Shown piece after piece: positions 50,315-62,168 of a stretch of DNA of 64,000 nt. The translations under genes were made by a program, and so were the position numbers. Origin of the DNA: Chlorokybus atmophyticus (Eukaryota > Plantae > Mesostigma and Chlorokybus algae); NCBI GenBank assembly GCA_009103225.1, contig RHPI01001010.1, forward strand, positions 62,001 through 126,000, read 5' to 3'. The notes beneath the pieces are model-generated. The model made no database searches. It was not told where the DNA came from and saw nothing but the letters and a program-made list of their open reading frames with translations. Within the stretch, counting starts at the first letter, position 1. Each line of letters begins with the position of its first letter.

Positions 50315-53020
50315 ATGGGCGAGCAGCAGCAGCAGCAGCAGCAGCTGCAACATGAGGGGGTTCTGCAGGCGGGCGCAAGTGCCTCCCAAGGCGACTCGCC
50401 GCTGCGGGCATCTGCTGCGGCGCTGCGAATAAGCTCGCCTTTAGACGCAGGCCCTCCGGTAAGTACTCACGATTGGCATGCAAGAAACTTGTGCACAATG
50501 ACTGTACTTTATGCAGGTAATAGATGAAGCAGCATTCAGCACTTGTATAAATATCATTAGTAAGCTTAGATTCCGTATCCTCATCTGTACAACTTGACTT
50601 CTGTTTCAGTTATGTGTTACTCGTCACACACAAGAACTCACTGTTTCTTGCTTACGACCAGCACAGTGTAACAAGGTAGTTGTAGGGCTGCGTAACATCT
50701 GTGGTAGCTGCCCAGCTTGTAACAACAACATGCGCAGTTCTATGAGACAGCATGGTGCTGGGATGCTGGCCTGTTCTGTCAGTCTGTCAGTCTTCCCAGC
50801 AACAAGAATGCCTTGCAGCAGGCTCTCGCAAAAGGGTCAACATGAAATCAGGAACATGGTTACAGTAGCGTACCGTGGCGCTTGATTCAACAAGTTAACT
50901 TGTTGCATTGCTTGCATTGCCACAAAAAGTGTTTACCATGGCAGTCCCCCAACTGTGCACACAGCTGAGAGGTTTTTGCAGCGCTTTGGGTAGGACTTGT
51001 ATGCAAGGATCAAATTGCTATATTGCGCAGATCAAGACACCTTCCAGGCCGCGTTACAGCGACCGTTTTATTCCAGCACGCACATCCTCCAACCTGAGCA
51101 GCTTCATGTTGGACATCCCGTCACCAAATCCTGCGAGCGCGGTGAGTTGGTTGATCCATGGTGCACTCATGACATGGTTTTAGAAGCAACGTTTCTAAGT
51201 ATCCAACTGATCACCATGCATTGTCGCAGATTGGCACGCCCGAGATTCGTGAGGACGGGTCTGCGGCGTACTCGTCGCTGCTGCGCACAGAGTTGTTGGG
51301 TTTGGACGCACGCTCACCGGGATTGGAACGAGCCTCGTCCACTCCAGCAGGCACCTCATCAGCGCTGCTTGACGCCGCGCGATCCCCGCTGGGACCGGCA
51401 AGGAATCTGTTCAGGTTTCAGTCGGACCCGTGCTCAAATAAAATCGAGTCCCCTTTCTTGCTGTCGCCTGTTAACACTGAAAGCCCTCTTGGAGTCAATT
51501 ATAGCAGTCCAAGGCGCTCCATGCGGAAAATTGCTCGATCACCATTTAAGGTGGGTCTAGCATGAGTGTTTGCGCTCATGTGCTTGTGTGGACATGCGTG
51601 TTATTGTCCATTTCTTGTTCATCTCCTATACATGTCTGCTGTGTATGGAGTTAACAGCACACAAACATTGTCTTAATGTAGGTATTAGATGCACCGGCAC
51701 TGCAGGATGATTTCTACCTCAACCTGGTAGACTGGTCAGCGCACAACACATTAGCTGTAGGTTTGGGCACTTGCGTGTACTTGTGGAGCGCGTGCACTAG
51801 CAAAGTCACGAAGCTCTGTGACCTTGGGCCGAGCGACAGCATCTGCTCTGTCGGCTGGACTCAACGAGGCACATACCTTGCAGTAGGAACCAACCTTGGG
51901 GAAGTGCAGATCTGGGATGCTGCACGGTGTAAAAAGGTGACTTGAACTGCACATATGCTTGCATACCTGAGATGAATGTAGACGGCAACTCTTAACTGCT
52001 ATGTGGCATGGCAGGTGCGAACCATGGGTGGGCATCGCACAAGGGTGGGTGCGTTGGCGTGGAACTCTCACATGTTGTCTTCGGGAAGCAGAGATCGACA
52101 GGTGTGCAGCCACACAAGAATAGTGTTGCTGGCATGTTGTTGCAATGGCTTCTTTCAGTTGTTGACGTTTCGTTGCCGTTCAGATTTTGCAACGAGATGT
52201 GAGGTCCAAAGAAGACTTCACCAGCAAGCTTGTTGGTCATAAGAGCGAAGTGTGTGGCCTCAAGTGGTCCTATGATGACCGCGAGCTGGCGTCAGGAGGG
52301 AATGACAACCAGTTGTTAATATGGAACATGTCATCAACTTCCCCAATCCAGGTGTGCACGCGCACGTTGGTGTTACTTACATGCAACAGCTGTTGCCACT
52401 GTGTGTTTGTTGGCTGCGTTAACATGTTGTTGGCTTTCTCTGATTGGTGTTGCGCAACTTGTTTGCAGAAGCATACACAGCATACGGCGGCAGTCAAAGC
52501 TATTGCCTGGTCGCCTCATCAACACGGCCTGCTAGCCTCAGGCGGTGGAACAGCTGATAGATGCGTGCGCTTCTGGAACACTGCAACGAACTCTGCTTTG
52601 AGCAGCATTGACACTGGCAGCCAAGTAAGCTGAAGAGGTCCATCTGATTGAGCAACAAGACACACGCAAGCATCCGCTAGCGAACATGCACAGAGGCATA
52701 TGATGGTGAAGCTGACCTCTTGTGGGCAGGTGTGCAACTTGGTTTGGTCCAAAAATGTCAACGAGCTGGTTAGCACACACGGGTACTCTCAGAACCAGAT
52801 CATAGTGTGGCGGTACCCGACCATGACAAAGCTGGCGACGCTGACGGGCCACACGCTGCGGGTGCTGTACCTCGCCATGTCCCCGGACGGGCAGACCATT
52901 GTGACCGGCGCCGGCGATGAGACCCTCCGCTTCTGGAATGTCTTCCCCGGCGCAAAAGCGCAGGGCTCCGTGCACGACTCTACGGCGTGGGGACTCGCAG
53001 GGCGCATGCAGATCAGATGA
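50315..53020 (+). CDS. CDH1: APC/C co-activator CDH1/Fizzy-related (CCS52), WD40 protein
   Basis: C-box [37 protein letters not shown]40 repeats, [67 protein letters not shown] and a C-terminal IR tail (RMQIR*). Confidence 0.98.
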
Positions 53021-54463
53021 TGACGAGGAGGTTTGGTTTGTGCATAGCCTCGTCATGCAACAGTCTGCAAGAGTCTTAGAGTGTGCTGGTGGTTCCGGTG
53101 TGTTTCTTCTTAGAGTATATACATATACAGGGTTGTCATGGCGTAGGCGTGTAAAGCGAGGTGACACATTACGTACATGCAACCATTACAGGTAATCTAG
53201 TTACAGGCTCTGGTCTTCGTGTTTGTGTCGTTGAATGCCACGTGTTGGGTTGGCAGATGTTACTTAGAGTTGCATCTGAGCTGTGCATCTGATCCATACT
53301 ACTGCTGTTGGATCGTCACCAATGTCATTGTTGTGCTGATCATTGTTGGCGTTGTGGCCTTGCAACTGCTGCTGCTGCTGCAGGGGCAATGAGTTGCGCT
53401 GGCTTAACACCCGAGTTGCATGAAGCTGCCCTTCGGTCACTTAGTTTATTGGTAGCTGTAGGGCTGGTAGCTGCCCTTGTTCATATCGGTGGTGCAACTC
53501 ACTACCTAGGAATCATTGGTAGTGGTTGATTGCTGCTCAACAGGCACTTCGTGCTGATGATGTACGAGTGTCAGGGGTTGTATTGAGCGACTGGCACTGT
53601 GCTGTACCCGCGTACACTTGTCATCGATGGCAGCAGCAGTTACAGTACACCTCGAGACGCACACGGAGGCACACGCGCGCGTGCACACCATATGCCTTCC
53701 GTACACATGCGCGCAACAGAATGGCAGTAGCCTGCGTGCACAGATAGGGTATAGATTACACACAAATGTTGTCATGTGCGCAACAACATCAGCAAGCAAG
53801 GAAGTGAGCTTCAAAACCTCTCTTGCATGTGCGCGCATGAGCACGTGTGCATGCGTGTGTGGTGCATGCCACCCTTTCCCATTCGAGCAATCGGAGTGTC
53901 CCGCCCCACCACCGCGACATTGATTGCTTTGGCGGAGGTAGCTGCTTTGGCTTTGGATGTGCTTGTGTAGTCCGATTGCCTGCTGTAGTCCGCTAGTGCT
54001 GACAGCAAGAGTCTTTGTCACGGTGGACCGTGTTGCCCATGTTATGTCATGTCTTGGGCATGCGCTGGGAGGTTGTGTGTTTGTGATTGTAAACCCTAGT
54101 GTTTCATCTCTCCTGCTGTACATGCGTGCTTGCTTATGCTTGCTTCACGTGAGCATACTTGCATCAGAACCACTGGAACGCTTATGCACTGCAATGTTTC
54201 ACAGCAGCACTTGAAGCGAAGCGAACAAAGGTCAGAAAAGCACGACTAGTGTGGTTGTTGTGTCCTGGTTCTTTATTCTGACGCCAACAACGACCAAGCG
54301 TGCAAGGAGCAGCAGTGAGAGTCTAGCCCACTGCGTGTCACTCACAGCACGAAGCGAACTAACGAGGGCTTCTTCAGCAACATAGCAGAAGCAGCGCCTG
54401 CTGCTGCTGCTGCTTCTGCTTTTCGAGGTTGTCTGGCAGTCCAAGCTGTGCAGTGGTCAGGCC

Positions 54464-56973
54464 ATGCTAGGCAGCAGCGGTGGCGGCGGCGGCGAAGGAG
54501 GAGGAGGAGGAGGAGAAGGAGGAACAGCAGCGGCAGTAGGAGAAAGAGAAGGAGCAGGAGCAGGAGCAGGAGAGCAACAAGGGTGTTCAAAGGACCTCCG
54601 CTGCGGGGACAGGCCTGCCGGCAGCAAGCAGGACGGCGTGGACAAGAGGGAGAAGCAGCAGGACAACGGTCAGGCGGCCGACAAGCAGCTGCAGAACAAA
54701 AACGTCTTCCCTCTCTTCCTCAAGCGCCAGCCCAGGCAGCTCAAGGTGAAAGATGACCATACCGAAGCAAAGCTATTTGTTAAACCTCAGCGATCAGCAG
54801 CAGTTTCAGCTTTTGCAACTTGGCAGTTTTTTATTGAAACTATGAAGTGTGGTACAAGACATCTTATGTGGCTTGAGACGTTTGTCCAGGCGCACCTATC
54901 AACCTACATTTGTGCGCGAACCACCATGTGTACAACTGACTTGAGGTTGGGTTTGAGTGTTGGGGTTGTTTGCAACAAGTACACTGGCAAGCACATGATC
55001 GGCCATGCGCGCACATGCATGCGTATGCTTGTGCGCATGCGTGCGTGCGTGCCTGTGTGCGTGTGCTCGGGATGATTTGGGCATGCATGCATACACAGTA
55101 CAGTTCATACACTTGTTGAAGCACGCACGCACGCATGCACGCACCGCATCAAGTTAACCTTCTCGCACCATACGCGCAAGCATCAGCGTGTGCGCTCTTG
55201 CTGGATATGCACACCACCCAAGCACCCATGTGTGCGCAGACCGTGTATCTAATCCGGCACGGCCACACCGCCTGGCCGACAGCAGCCTTGGCTACAGAAG
55301 CTGGCAGCGGCGATTCCTCCCGTTTCGACGTGCGCTTGACCAGTCTCGGCATTGAACAAGTGAGAGACACGCACGTGTTTGGTTTGGACTGGCATGCCAG
55401 ATGTCTGTGTTTGTAAATCTGATGCAGTTGTGTTTGTGTTGGCAGGCGCGTGGGCTGCAGCAGCGCCTGGCGTCTATACACGCCGAGCTGGTGCGTTCCG
55501 ACCTGCATCGCATTCTGTGTGTCGTATTCACGCGCATGCGCACACGCTTGCGCGCACTCACACACACGCACTTCACACATGCCCGCGCAAGCAAGCACAC
55601 ATACACAAGCGCGTGCATGCATGCATGCACTCGTTCATATATGTGGCACACAGTTGCTCGCTCAAGTATCTGGCGGCAAAGTAAACAGCAACACAAATCG
55701 CGTTTGCACATGTTGTTGCAGCTGCAAACACGCATGAACCCTGTATGCCCACAACAGAAATCAACTGGTGCTCGTTTGCGTTGACCCTTTTATACAAACT
55801 TGTGCATTGTAAACGAGTGGACAAGATTGACAGTGATACACACGAAGACAGATAGTAGCGTATCAGTAGATGTGGCTGTGTTGAATAAATATGATGTCCA
55901 CTTGTGTTGTGCTTTCTAGGTGGTGACCAGCCCGCTAACTCGCGCACTTCAGACAAGCATAGAGTCCCGTGCAAACGAAAAGGTCAGCAAAGGAGATTAC
56001 CACTCTGCTCAAATGGTGTCAGCTCACCAAACCACTCCACGAAGCACTGCGCTTCATGTTCGTATGCATCACCATTATTTGCAGGCGCCATTGGAGATTT
56101 GGAGAGAGCACACGGAGCACATCGCTTGCAGCGGCGATATCGGCCGTCACCCTGAAGTATGTAGCAAGAAATTTCTGTTGATATCACACAAGACTAATCA
56201 TCATGTTTATTGTGCATTGTCACCATCCTCATGACCTGCTTTGTCAGGTTTTGGCAACGGAGTTCCCGTCCATGCGTTTTGATCATCTGCCGCCCGTTTG
56301 GTGGTGAGTGCTACCATATTCATGAAATAGTGTTGGTTGTTTGTGTACACTTCACTGCGCACGAGGTATTCTATATATCACCTTTTGTGTTTGGTTGTAG
56401 GTATTCACGGCCGGATGCACCAAACGATGCTCCTGGCCAGCGCTTTGGATCTCGCGAACCAAAAGGTACGCAGCTGGTTATGAAGGTCTCTCTCTCTCTC
56501 CCAAAAGCATCAAACTCAGCTTCTTTCTTTCTTGTGTCCACATGCATGCTCCATACACACACTTGCAGTGCACCACCAGTGTCATCCTTTCTAGCACTCG
56601 TGCATATTATGTGATTGATGAGGATTGACGTAACATGAGAGGTGATAGCAGGGCATCTGCGGCAGCGAGTAGGGGTATTTAGGAAACTGTTGCAGCAGCG
56701 TCCCGAACGCTCGATAATTGTTATTGGACATTCCACATTCTTTATGGTGAGTAGTCCTCCCGCTGTCATATTGGGCTGCCAACCTGTGCACATACAAAGT
56801 TCGCTTCAAGACAATCGTTGGTTATGTTTACTAGTCGCTGAGCAGTGGTCGTGCATGTGCATGCAGCATGTGTACTCCCTTGTCATAAGTTTGCCCTGTT
56901 GTTTGCGTGGCAGGAATTGTTGGGTAGCCGGAAGCGAATGGCAAACTGCGAAGTGGCAGCCATGCAGCTGTGA
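54464..56973 (+). CDS. Histidine phosphatase / phosphoglycerate mutase-like protein with a Gly/Glu-rich N-terminal extension, ~9 exons
   Basis: TVYLIRHG, LTSLGIEQA, VVTSPLTRALQT, CSGDIG, EFPSMRFDHLP..WW, IIVIGHSTFF and MANCEV. Exon phases are consistent. Confidence 0.9.
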
Positions 56974-57644
56974 TGATGATGTTGATGTTGTTGTGTCGCT
57001 GTCTGCTGTGCTGTGCAGCTGGCGGACTTGTACTGCGCTTGAGCCATGCCCTTGGCCTACGTAGTGGTGTATGTGTTGTGTCTTGTGTGGTAGGATAGTT
57101 GCGACAGCTTAATTGAATAGCACGAGGTGTAGCACAACAGGCTTAGTCTCATAGTTTAGCTCATTGTTGACAAGAACATAGTTTATAGTGACATTCCTGA
57201 CGCTGGTAACTACATGAGCCCCAGCTCAACAGTGTGTCAGATCAGTCACATTGGTGACCGAACTGAACACCACTATATGTACACATGAACAACAAGGTGT
57301 GCAGTACATGCCTAAGAGAAATGCTGACCTTGTTTGGCCAAGCGCATGCATGCATCGCTGCTTTGCTTTATCCTGTATACCTTACTCAAACAACAACCAA
57401 CTCAGTATCGGCAAACCCAAATTGTATGCAACGAAGTACAATGAAGTGAGGCTCGCTTTGCACCACAGGCACGCAAAGGCAACCACACCGCCAGGTACAC
57501 GTTTCCGTTTCGCATTGATTGTACACACACAGATCTCATAACAACATAAGGTGCAGTCCCACAATGCTATTCTATGCCAATTGCTCCATAGCAACAATTA
57601 CTCGAGCAGGGTATGCACAAAGCAGATGAGGCGCGCAAAGCTGT

Positions 57645-59845
57645 TTATTTTCGCTCGACTGGCCTTTGAATGTAACGCTTATCGGGGTCTTCTGTTTTGA
57701 GTTTTGGTGGTTTTATTTGGCCAACAACCTGCGACCACAGGCCATTCAACATATTGCCATGCTGCCATGCTTGCATAACCACAAGCGGGATGCAAGCAGA
57801 GAAGCAGAACAAGGAGCAATTTTGCATGAAATGAAGTTAAGTTAACGCGCACCTTCCTTGTCTTGGAGCCCTTAGTCATGAAGTCCCGCCAGCTGCCAAC
57901 CTGACGACAAAAAACAACAAAGCCCCATTGTCATTGAATTGCAAACACACATACGGACAAAGAGAAGTATAGAGACCTAGAATAGCAATGTCAAAGCAGC
58001 AACTGGGGTGGGTATCAACTTGTCCTTACCCTGTTTTCTCTCGTATTCTCCCACGCCGCCTCGTGCTCCCTTTTCCGCTTCCAATCTTCTCGCGTCTCCT
58101 CCTCTTCCTTTTTCAACCGACCTTCTTCTTCCGATATCTGCACACAGAAGAGAAGAAGCCACATCAGGCACGCAAGCACCCACATTCACAATTCCCAAAC
58201 ATATACAACGGGTGTTTGATGTGTAGGATGTTGTAGACTAACTGTGACCCGCATGTTGTACTCTTGTACCCGTTGCGTGAGCTTTCGTCTCCTCCATTCC
58301 GTATTTGCCAGGATGTCCCTCGCTTTCAACTTCCACTTTTCATGAAAATCATCACTTTGCTCCCACTTTTCTTTGGCCTCTGTTTGTTGAAGCTGCAGGG
58401 TCAAGAGGACAACATGAACACCAGAAACACCAATCAATGTGGTTGCTATGTCTGTAGACCCTGCACTGATGCTGAATGCTGTTACATGCCTTGTCCATGT
58501 TTGCCCATTGCGGCTCCTTTTTCTTGTCCTTCTTGAACTGCGCGCGCACTTGATCTGCATGGGTAACATGTGTCTTTAATCGCAGACCACATACTAGATG
58601 CAGAAGTAGTGAACGACGTGCACGAATGCAGAGGCTCATAAAAGCAGGGGGGGCTTGCCTCTTGCAATGTTTAGCAGATGGGTCAAACCGGCCCGCAGCG
58701 CATCATCGAGAAGTTCTGTCTGAGCTTTTGCAACCGCTGCACGCAAGTAAATGAGCAACTCCTCACAGACACAGTGCAATCGGTGGCTGCTTGTACACCA
58801 ATAACGTGTGGCACACATTGCAGGACACTGTGGTGTGCACATGTGCAATGTTCATGCGTACAGTCGTTGTGCTAACCTGCGAATGCCTCCTTTGCTCCAG
58901 GCGCCTTGCACTTGTCTGGATGGATCATCAAAGACACCTGCAACAAGACAGGTACTTGGTATGACTATGGCATGAATGTGTTCATGACCACTTGAACGGG
59001 CTGCACACAACCCAGGGCAGTCCTCATACTGGTGTTAAGTTGCCTTTGCCAATATGCACTCCACATGCCAGTGCATAATAAAAGCAATCAGAAGGACGCA
59101 AGCCAATCTCAAGCAACACATGAACATAACTTCAAGTGCATATGAGTGTGCAAACGCCACGTGCCCAACTAGTAGCATTGCATGCACAGCTTGTAATGGT
59201 TGTCCATTAAAGAGTTTATGCTATACCCTACGCATAATGCTGCTGAACCAGGATGGCAAAATTGCATACTTGCGTGACAAATGTGAATCGCTTGCCAGTA
59301 CTGACCTTTCTGTACTGCTGCTTTATCTCATCCGGCGTGGCAGTGAACTTTAACCCGAGGTGCTCGTATGGATTCAACTTGAACGCCGACAGCACTCTGC
59401 TCCAACAGAAACAAAAAGCAACAAAGACAGACAGCATGTCAGCATGCAAAACTGCTCAATGTGTAATGCATGCAGTATGTTATACTGTAAGCATTGCACT
59501 CTGTAAAGTGACACTTATTTCAACACACGTGGCTCATTGCGTGTCTGTGCAGTAACAGAAGACAAGCACTACGACAGTACAACATCAACTACTTTTGTGG
59601 ATCTCGATTAAAGTGACAGCGTGACTACCTCTGTTCTGAGCAGTGCCGCTACTGAATGATAAACGCAAGCTAACACAAGATGCTGTTTACATGTGATGCT
59701 GTGAAAGTCCTTGCAAATTCCTTGTCAGTTACAATGACATGTCAGTAACTTGCCTGTGCACTTCATTCTCCCTATCGACCTCCCTCATCTCCTTCATGAA
59801 CTCATTGAGGAGGGCCTCGTCATCGGGGGCGCCGGCAGCAGCCAT
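57645..59845 (-). CDS. DNAJC8: DnaJ homolog subfamily C member 8 (Spf31-like), 9 coding exons
   Basis: EVDRENEVHRVLSAFKLNPYEHL, IKQQYRKVSLMIHPDK (J-domain HPD), WENTRENRVGSWRDF and KPPKLKTED. Three introns need GC donors. Confidence 0.94.
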
Positions 59846-60701
59846 GGCCGCCGGCGGCGGCAGCAGCGGTGGCCGCAGGCAGCACAAATAAGACGACAAC
59901 AACCAAACCCTCTACCCTCTGCTACAGCACCTTATACAAACCCTACCAGGATGCCAGTACAACACACAGCGACAACCCGCCCAGAAAGTGAGAGACGCTT
60001 TGGCCTCTTCCTGCCCCAAACTCACCGCTGTGCTTAACTCCACCAAGGAGGTGAAAACCCACAACCCTGGCCCGGCGGCGCCTGCTCCAGCTGGTCCTGC
60101 TGCTACGAAACGCCGACGACAACGCTGCCAACCCGCCGCCGCCCACAACTCCGACCAGCACAGCAACGACGCGGAGGGCAATTAAGCGCAAGTCGTTTAC
60201 TATGGCGGCGGAGGAGGAGGAGGAGGTGGAGGTGGAGGTGCGCTGAGGCTGTTTGCTGAGGTTCAGCTTGCTTAGCCTTCTCAGCCTTGGCAGCTGGCTG
60301 CTGTGCCTATGCCAGAGGCGTCGTTGTCGTCGTCAACGTCGTCGTCGTCGTGCTGGGCCCAATTGCTGTAAGCTCATGTAGTACGCAGTTTTTTTTCTGG
60401 GTTGTAGTTGCTGCTGCTGCTGCCGTTGTTGTCGTTGACGATGATAGCGATGATGTGTAGGTTGCAGACAGGAAGTTAGTGATGGCAACCCATTGACGTT
60501 CATGCAACCATGTAGCGTAGTATATGGTATCAGTTAGCAGCAGCTGCTCGTTGTCACACCATACAGCCAGCACAAGCGCATTTGCAGCGTGCAGCTTGCA
60601 AGAACATCAAGCATGCTCTGGGTGCCAAAAGTGTAGCTTGAGGGCTACAAGCTTGAAGCAAGCATAATGAACTTAGAAGTACACAACCATCATGTCCAAT
60701 A

Positions 60702-60730
60702 ATTCAAGGTTGCAGGCTGCAACCTTGAAT
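60702..60730. repeat. Perfect 14-bp palindrome with a 1-nt centre, next to a 37-bp direct repeat (~60760 and ~60863)
   Basis: attcaaggttgcag-g-ctgcaaccttgaat; ttgggaaggcacatgtccacttgttgcgcatgtatca occurs twice, about 103 bp apart. Confidence 0.8.
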
Positions 60731-60899
60731 CGTTCAATGCTGCAATTTCTCTGGCGAGTTGGGAAGGCACATGTCCACTTGTTGCGCATGTATCAACGAT
60801 GTGGTTCACTTCTAGTTTATGTTAAGGGTGGCCTTCTGCTGCCGCTTGCAGCATTCGGATAAGTTGGGAAGGCACATGTCCACTTGTTGCGCATGTATC

Positions 60900-62035
60900 A
60901 CCGATATGGTCAGCTCTTCGTTCACGCTGCGGGTGGCCTTCTTGCTTCCGGCTGTTGCAAATGAGTTGCTCAACTCGATTGACAAGAATGTCATCCATAT
61001 TGTACTGTGCGCAATATAACCAATCTTAACATATTCATGTAACAGCGATGTGTTGTACAATATGCTTTTGTACAAGCGAGAAGGGTGGGGAGAGGGGAGT
61101 ACTGTGTGCAAGAGATACACTGTACTTGAGATACGGAGCTTTTGTTAACTACGTACGTAGAATGGCTTGGCATTATATTGTGCGCAATCTTGATGTTTGC
61201 AACCGAGATCATGCGCATGGAGTAATTGCGTATGCGCAATGCATTGAATTGCATGAGGAAATTGAGGTTGTGTATCATGCATAATACGTATGATGTTAAA
61301 ACGCCATTTGCTCGCCCTTTTGCTATCATGATAAGCAAGCCGTGCAATCGGTTGAAGGTAATGTATTACCAACAAGATTATCAATCCAACACCTTGCACG
61401 TATACCATAAGTTGAACGTTGCGTATTAATTGTAAGCTAATGTTGAAATGCTCGTTAATCCATCAACACTTGAATTCTATCGAACAGCTTTGGTAGTACA
61501 TGATAAATCAATCACTTTATATCAACAATTACTATATATTAATTGATGAGGCCTAGTGCATGCTCGTAACTTTTTGTAAGCATCTTATTTTTGCAGCTTC
61601 TTAATGCATTGGCATTGACATGTTACGCGTATCAATTGAAATATGATAATTTGATAGTAAAACGTATATATTATTATTAATACCATACGATACCATTTAT
61701 AACAGAAACTTCACAAACATATGTATCAGCAATTACAAATGACCAGTTGACAATGGTTATATAAAATTGTTTTTTTCTCGTTTGTTTATTGCGACAATAT
61801 AAATATAAAAGGTCTCGGGTTTGCCGTTATGCGTGTTATAACCTTTGAACAATAACTTCAAACATATGAGCACACAAATTAATAAAAACAATAGAGAACA
61901 ACAATCCAATATTCTTGGTATAGCTTGTACCATGTGTGTGTTGCACAATGGGCATTACTCGTCGGCTTCAACTATTGGCCGGCGAGTTTTCGTTTAACAA
62001 ATTAATAAGTAAGTGATTAATACGTATAGTTTAAG
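60900..62035. other. AT-rich island without an interpretable gene
   Basis: High A/T content and only short, stop-interrupted ORFs. Confidence 0.4.
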
Positions 62036-62168
62036 TTAGGGTTTGCCTCTGTTGCTTGACACACACGTGTCAAGCAACAGAGCAGTTGAGGCCGTCACCT
62101 CAGCGGCGGCGTTGTTGGCGACGCTGCTGGCGACGGCGAAAATTAGGCGAAAGTTTGGGGAGAGAGAG

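Noticed and set aside
2897-53020. Physical clustering of mitotic genes (CENP-H-like, Dad2-like, CDH1)
   Set aside because: They are 10-36 kb apart with unrelated genes in between, so there is no evidence for a functional cluster.
53300-54400. Possible - strand gene divergent from the PGM-like gene (MLLKKPSLVRFVL/...)
   Set aside because: I could not build a phase-consistent, recognisable protein. The 205-aa ORF runs through intron-like CA/TG repeats.
60190-60570. Short + strand ORF MAAEEEEEVEVE with a possible donor
   Set aside because: No downstream exon gives a convincing frame. It may be promoter/UTR low-complexity sequence of the DNAJC8 region.
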